Below are positions 57,545-64,000 of a stretch of 64,000 nucleotides of DNA, in pieces. Below the pieces are notes generated by a model. It was not told the origin of the DNA. It did not search any database and saw only the letters and a program-made list of their open reading frames with translations. A program made the translations under genes and the position numbers. Source of the DNA: Eledone cirrhosa (Eukaryota); assembly GCA_964016885.1 (NCBI GenBank), contig OZ024743.1, forward strand, positions 324,136,001 to 324,200,000, given 5' to 3'. Position 1 is the first letter of the stretch. Every line of letters begins with the position of its first letter.

Positions 57545-58040
57545 CATGTATGATGGAGAAGGGCCATGTAAGAGAAAGCACATGTAGGATAGGGAACATG
57601 TAGTGACAGAGAAGGGCCATGTAAGAGAAAGCACATGTAGGATATGGAACATGTAGTGACGGAGAAGGGCCATGTAAGAGAAAGCACATGTAGGATATGG
57701 AACATGTAGTGACGGAGAAGGGCCATGTAAGAGGAAGCACATGTAGGATAGGGAACATGTAGTGACGGAGAAGGGTCATGTAAGAGGAAGCACATGTAGG
57801 ATATGGAACATGTAGTGACGGAGAAGGGCCATGTAAGAGGAAGCACATGTAGGATAGGGAACATGTAGTGACGGAGAAGGGTCATGTAAGAGGAAGCACA
57901 TGTAGGATATGGAACATGTAGTGACGGAGAAGGGCCATGTAAGAGGAAGCACATGTAGGATAGGGAACATGTAGTAGAAAGACCATGTAGTGGGGAGAAG
58001 GAACATGTAGTAGTAAGAAGATATAGAAGGAAGACCATGT
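57545..58040. repeat. 53-bp minisatellite built from three CATGTA sub-units
   Basis: Unit GACGGAGAAGGGCCATGTAAGAGGAAGCACATGTAGGATATGGAACATGTAGT. Confidence 0.9.
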
Positions 58041-58229
58041 GACAGAGCAAGGAATTCTAAGTAACACAACAACACCAGCAACAGCAGCAGTATCACCACC
58101 AACAACAACAACAACAACACCAGTTGTAGTAATATCAGCAACAGCAGCTGTATCACCACCACCACCACCACAAGCAGCAGCAACAGCAGCAGTAGTAATA
58201 TCACCATTACCCCACCACCACCATCACCA

Positions 58230-58765
58230 CCAGTAACAGCAGCAACAGTGCAGCAGCAGTAATAGTACAGCCATTATACCACCACCAGTAACAGCAGCAA
58301 CAGTGCAGCAGCAGTAATAGTACAGCCATTATACCACCACCAGTAACAGCAGCAACAGTGCAGCAGCAGTAATAGTACAGCCATTATACCACCACCACCA
58401 CCACCACCAGTAACAGCAGCAACAGTGCAGCAGCAGTAATAGTACAGCCATTATACCACCACCACCACCACCAGCAGTAACAGCAGCAACAGTGCAGCAG
58501 CAGTAATAGTACAGCCATTATACCACCACCACCACCACCACCAGTAACAGCAGCAACAGTGCAGCAGCAGTAATAGTACAGCCATTATACCACCACCACC
58601 ACCACCAGTAACAGCAGCAACAGTGCAGCACCAGTAATAGTACAGCCATTATACCACCACCACCACCACCACCAGTAACAGCAGCAACAGTGCAGCAGCA
58701 GTAATAGTACAGCCATTATACCACCACCACCACCACCACCAGTAACAGCAGCAACAGTGCAGCAC
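58230..58765. repeat. ~54-63-bp minisatellite with a variable (CAC)n run
   Basis: Unit CAGTAACAGCAGCAACAGTGCAGCAGCAGTAATAGTACAGCCATTATAC(CAC)n. Confidence 0.9.
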
Positions 58766-59049
58766 CACGACCACAACTATCACCACTACCACCACTACCA
58801 CTACCACCACTACCACCACCACCACCAGCACCACTACCACCACCACTACCACCACCACCACCACCACCACCACCAGCACCACTACCACCACCACCACTAC
58901 CACTAGCACCACTACCACCACCACCACCACCACCACCTCCACCACCACTACCACTACAACAACAACAACAAGTGATGCTGCTAGCATGGGAGATGCAAGT
59001 GTGTTGCAAAATATTGAGGAGACATTAAAAGGTAGGATGAAAAGATAAG

Positions 59050-59920
59050 GTGGGGGTGGGGGTATTGTTGGAGAGGGTGGTGGTGTTGTTGGAGAGGGTG
59101 GTGGTGTTGGTGGAGAGGGTGGTGGTGTTGGAGAGGGTGGTGGTGTTGGTGGAGAGGGTGGTGGTGTTGTTGGTATTGGTGGAGAGGGTGGTGGTGTTGT
59201 TGGAGAGGGTGGTGGTGTTGGTGGTATGGGTGGAGAGGGTGGTGGTGTTGGAGAGGGTGGTGGTGTTGGTGGAGAGGGTGGTGGTATTGGTGGAGAGGGC
59301 GGTGGTGGTGGTGGTATTGGTGGAGAGGGTGGTGGTGTTGTTGGAGAGGGTGGTGGTGTTGGTGGTATGGGTGGAGAGGGTGGTGGTGTTGGAGAGGGTG
59401 GTGGTGTTGGTGGAGAGGGTGGTGGTATTGGTGGAGAGGGTGGTGTTGGTGGTGGTATTGGTGGAGAGGGTGGGGGTGTTGGTGGTATTGTTGGAGAGGG
59501 TGGTGGTGTTGGTGGTATTGGTGGAGAGGGTGGTGGTGGTATTGTTGGAGAGGGTGGTGGTGGTGGTGGTGGAGAGGGTGGTGGTGGTGGAGAGGGTGGT
59601 GGAGAGAGTTGTGGTGGTGGTGGTGGTGGTGGAGAGGGTGGTGGTGGTGGAGAGGGTGGTGGAGAGAGTTGTGGTGGTGGTATTGGTGGAGAGGGCGGTG
59701 GTGGTGGTGGAGAGGGTGGTGTTGGTGGTATTGGTGGAGAGGGTGGTGGTGGTGGTATTGGTGGAGAGGGTGGTGGTATTGGTGGAGAGGGTGGTGTTGG
59801 TGGTGGTATTGTTGGAGAGGGCGGTATTGGTGATGGTATTGGAGAGGGAGGTGGTGGTGGTGGTATTGGTGGAGAGGGCGGTGGTGGTGGTGGTATTGGT
59901 GGAGAGGGTGGGGTGGGTTA
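59050..59920. repeat. G-rich (GTG)n/GGAGAGG degenerate repeat
   Basis: Visible directly. Confidence 0.9.
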
Positions 59921-60286
59921 TTGTGGGGGTTAGTGGGAAGGGTGCCAGAGCAGATGAAAGGAAGTGTTTTAAATAGGATGGAGTTAGAGAGAGAGAGAAA
60001 CACAGAGAGGGGGAGAGGGAGAGGGAGGTGGAGGGATTGGTGTCTTTAAGACTGGAAAGATTAGATTAGATTGAAGAGTTGGAGATTGGTGAGGAGGAAA
60101 GGAAGGGAAGAGAGAGAGAGAGAAGAGTGGGAAGGAGAATGAAAGGGGAGGAGAGTTAAAGGAAAGAGAGAGGAAGGAGAGTGAGAGAGATAGTGAAAAT
60201 TGTTAAATTTTCATGATTTAGTCACGAGGGAGAGGGTACAATCGAGGGAGAGTAGATAGAGAGGTTGGTGAGAGAGAGAGAGAGAG

Positions 60287-60334
<48 letters not shown>

Positions 60335-60620
60335 AGGGAGTAGATAGAGATGTTGTAGAGAGAGAGAGAGCATAGATAAAGAGGGTGAAAGAGAACAAAA
60401 ACTGTAAATATGGGAATTTTCCTTCTGGTTCTCTGGCTTTCAGTTCCAATCTTGCCAAAGTCAACTTTGCCTTTCACTATTTCAAGGTCGATAATATACC
60501 AGTGAAGTACTTCTCTCTCTCTCTCTCTCTCACACAGACACACACACACACACACACACACTCTCTCTCTTTCTCTCTCACAGACACACACACACACACA
60601 CACTCTCTCTCTCACACACA

Positions 60621-60678
<58 letters not shown>

Positions 60679-60724
60679 CTCTCTCTCTCTCTCCTTTTGT
60701 CTGGAAGAAATCAAATGTGTTCAG

Positions 60725-61130
60725 ACCTGTAGAGGAATGTGCTCCACCAAGCTTAAATGCTCAAGACATGCTGTATCACATGATGGTGCCTCTACAACTC
60801 CACTAAGGGATAAGGACCCATGAATGGATGCATGACCCAGCTGCATATACAAGTACATGATTTCTGATAAAAGACACTTGATTCTTTTGTTGGAGAGAAA
60901 TATCTTTGAAGTACAATATTCGATATCGATATCATCTTGGCTATCTTTGAACAAAGTATATTTTAAATAGAGTAGGTGTGACAATATCTCCTTGTTTAAC
61001 TCTGTTTACTACTGAGAATGGGTCACAGAGAAAACAGCCTTGCATTTATGCAAAGAGCCTATGAGCATTTACAGATTTTCTCAAGGCAACCTCATTTTTG
61101 GAAAATCTTTCACAACATCTCAATGTTAGT
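60725..61130 (-). pseudogene. Ancient degenerate RTE (BovB-like) RT fragment
   Basis: The minus strand gives DPFSVVNRVKQGDIVTPTLFKIYF (the GVKQG..L.PTLF motif), then DSQDDIDIEY after a frameshift. Confidence 0.6.
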
Positions 61131-61898
61131 AGTGTCAAATGTGAAGCCACATGGCTTAGTAGTTAGGGTGTTAGACTAATGATCCTAAGATTGTGGGTTC
61201 GATTCCAGGATTGGTGATATGTTTAATATCATGTTGCTTTTCATGACAGGACTGTGGTCCTTATAATCAAAACACCCAAGAAACTTCTTATGAAATACAA
61301 CTTCATATGAGGTTATTTAATTTTACATAGATGTGGGATGTAAATTTCTTTTTTTTTTTATTTCAACAGTGACAAATGCTTCCTAATGAAACAGAATGGT
61401 CCTCAGTGTTCTAACTGTTCAATCAATGGATCAGCATGCTCATGGTATATACTACTATACTCGATACAGTAATAAATATTACCATCTCTATATTACATTC
61501 CACCATATAATACAATACTTCTGCTATAGTATGCAAACACAAATACAAGGTTGAGCTCATAATTCATATTTACATCTTGGAGTTATTTCCATTTATTTTA
61601 TGACGTTATCTTTTGTAAACATGAGTTCTTAGCAAAATTTACTTTTAATGGTAAACACATATTAGTGTTTGGTAAACACATATTAGTGTTTGGTAAACAC
61701 ATATTAGTGTTTGAAGAAACATCACTATTTTGATACCTCTTGTTTTCTGGAGGTATGGTTAAGTTTGGACCTTGAAACCTTGGGTAACACTTTTGTTCCC
61801 TGTATGAACATAAATAAATATTTCTGCTCTTTTCCCAACTGAGCACTGTTTTCCTTTTCACATTTACAGATATTGCTACACACACATACACACACACA

Positions 61899-62159
61899 TA
61901 TTGTTATACTGTGGGAGGGTCAGGTTGTTAATAAAATCACATGTACCCGTTCAGTTTCACTCGAGTTTTATTATTAGTTAGGTAAGTAATCCATTCCTCG
62001 GTTAGTTTAGTAACCGGATGGTTGTTTAATTGTCATATGTAGACAATTATACAGTTACTAAACTAACTGAGGAATCGATGGATTACTTTAGCTAATAATC
62101 AGACCGAAGTGGAACTGCATGTATTTTTAGAGGCAACCTGACCCTCCTAAAGTACAATA
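61899..62159. mobile_element. Foldback-like MITE (~260-bp imperfect palindrome)
   Basis: GGAGGGTCAGGTTG / CAACCTGACCCTCC outer pair and inner GTTAGTTTAGTAAC / GTTACTAAACTAAC. Confidence 0.7.
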
Positions 62160-62262
62160 ATATCTCTTTCAACAGACAATTTCACATCAAGAATCTCGCA
62201 AAACAAATACAAAAACGATATATATATATATCATCATTTAACGGCCATTTTCCACACTAATG

Positions 62263-62294
<32 letters not shown>

Positions 62295-62844
62295 TACATA
62301 TATATATATATATATTTGTGAAGGCCCATGGCTGAGTGGTAAGAGAATTGGATTCACAATCGTGAGGTTGTGAGTTTCATTCCTGGACCGGGTGATGCTT
62401 TTTGAGCAAGACGCTTTATTTCACGTTGCTCCTTCTACCTAGAGTTGCGACTGAAAGAGAGTATTAACAATTTGACGAGAGCTGATCGACTGTTGATATA
62501 TATATGTATGTCAATATATATATATCATCATCATCATCGTTGTTTAATGTCTATTTTCCATGCTAGCATGGATAGGACATAGTGTCTTGTTGTGAGACAT
62601 CCAGGGTGGAGGACCGTATTTTGTTCACACAACTGATTTTAGCTTCGTTTCTACGGTTGGATGTTCTTCCTAATGCCAACCACGTTTATATATATATATA
62701 TATACATATGCACACAGACACACTACACACACATATATATATACACATACATATGCACACACACACACACTACACACACACATATATATATATACACATA
62801 CATATGCACAAACACACACACATATATATATACACATACATATG

Positions 62845-62892
<48 letters not shown>

Positions 62893-62924
62893 CAGACACA
62901 CACACATATATATATATATATACG

Positions 62925-63784
62925 TACAGTAGCCAGAGTCAGAACGGGATAGAAAAAGTTCAGAAAGCTTATACCACTATTGGCCGCTAAAGGTTTCTCT
63001 CTAAAAATGAAAGGCAGGCTGTATGGTGCCTGCATACAAACAGCTATGTTATATGGCAGTGAGACATGGGCATTGTGTGCAGGAGACCTGTGTGGACAGG
63101 AAAGGAGCGAAGCATGCATCCTCCATTGGATGTGTAATAGTAATATACATGAACGGCAAAGCATAAATGAACTAAGTGAGAAATTAGGAATAAGAGGGAT
63201 CAGATGCTGTTTACTCGAGAGAAGACTACGTTGGTATGGTCACGTGATGCGCATGAAAGATGACAGCTGCATAAAAAAGTGTAGGGCGATCAAAATTGAT
63301 GGAAGTTACGGAGTAGGTAGACTCAGAAAAACCTGGGATGATTTGATAAATTCCAACCTTACACACTTACACCTCTCCAAGACAATGTCACTGGACCGAG
63401 ATCTTTGGTGCCATGCAGTAATACATTAGACCTGCCTTGCCTATGTACAAAACGAAACCTACAGTCAGTATCACCTCTTAACCAAATATACACCCCACCC
63501 CACTACCCCCTACTCCACCCTTCCACTCCCACCAAAATCACCCTTTCTCTGTAAAGTTATGTTGGTACCACAATATCCAGTCCTAAATAAATGAGGTTGT
63601 GTAGGTGTCACAACTAAAAACTCACAGTCCACACTGTAATGTGGCCGTGTAGGTAACACGGTAAAAACCTGCCAGACAGTCCTATACTAGCAAGACACGG
63701 TCACCTCACTAATCTTGCCTCAAGTGGGACAATTCCGTCTAAACCCATGCTAGCGTGGAAGATAGACGTTAAACGATGATGATG
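62925..63784 (+). mobile_element. Older RTE family A 3' fragment with UTR and (GAT)n
   Basis: [13 protein letters not shown]...[11 protein letters not shown]; contains an in-frame stop; 5' end lies in (TA)n. Confidence 0.9.
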
Positions 63785-63818
63785 CACACACACACATACA
63801 CACATATATATATATATA

Positions 63819-64000
63819 TGGAAGGAGCTCATAATATACAATACCCTTCTGATCCCAATAGATACTGAATATTACCTTCTGTGGATACTGACCATCTTTT
63901 GAAATGATTGAAGGTGGTTTATTTCGTTTTCTCAAAGTTCTTTTGTGCTCCACTTTGTTGTAAACAATCCATTTTTCATCACCTATGATCATTCTTTTCA
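63819..64000 (-). pseudogene. Mariner transposase fragment, running off the window end
   Basis: IIGDEKWIVYN...PQKVIFSIYWDQKGIVYYELLP, matching the mariner TGDEKW and WWD..G..YYELL motifs. Confidence 0.88.

Noticed and set aside
58981-60003. His-rich or Gly-rich structural protein (beak or shell type)
   Set aside because: Open in several frames on both strands, with no signal peptide or splice evidence; best explained as a repeat, though RNA-seq could overturn this.
61650-61712. 3x 21-bp repeat with an internal AAACAC/GTGTTT hairpin
   Set aside because: Short local slippage duplication with no supporting context.

Overview
Repeat-dominated, AT-rich animal genomic DNA. It is most likely octopus or another cephalopod, inferred from the SINE, RTE and (TA)n content; no marker gene confirms this. 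No host gene can be confidently called, and almost all long ORFs in the track are microsatellite artefacts. The real coding content is retrotransposon-derived. (1) Many 5'-truncated RTE-clade LINEs, three with an intact reverse transcriptase (847-2976 +, 49547-51424 -, 51492-53363 +), nested in long (TA)n-derived arrays at 0-9.5 kb and 46-56 kb. (2) A second RTE family ending in (TAGA)n. (3) A tandemly duplicated CR1 plus non-autonomous RTE cassette at 9.5-13.3 kb. (4) A decayed hAT element with TIRs and an 8-bp TSD at 31056-33300. (5) A mariner fragment, tRNA-derived SINEs, MITEs and several minisatellites. The most notable signals are: a ~50-nt H-type pseudoknot plus hairpin module repeated with compensatory changes in the RTE/SINE 3' UTRs and amplified to a ~22-copy satellite; a PHD finger inserted inside the RTE reverse transcriptase; apparent (TA)n targeting; and minimal Penelope-type hammerhead ribozymes carrying the U3-A8 core variant.
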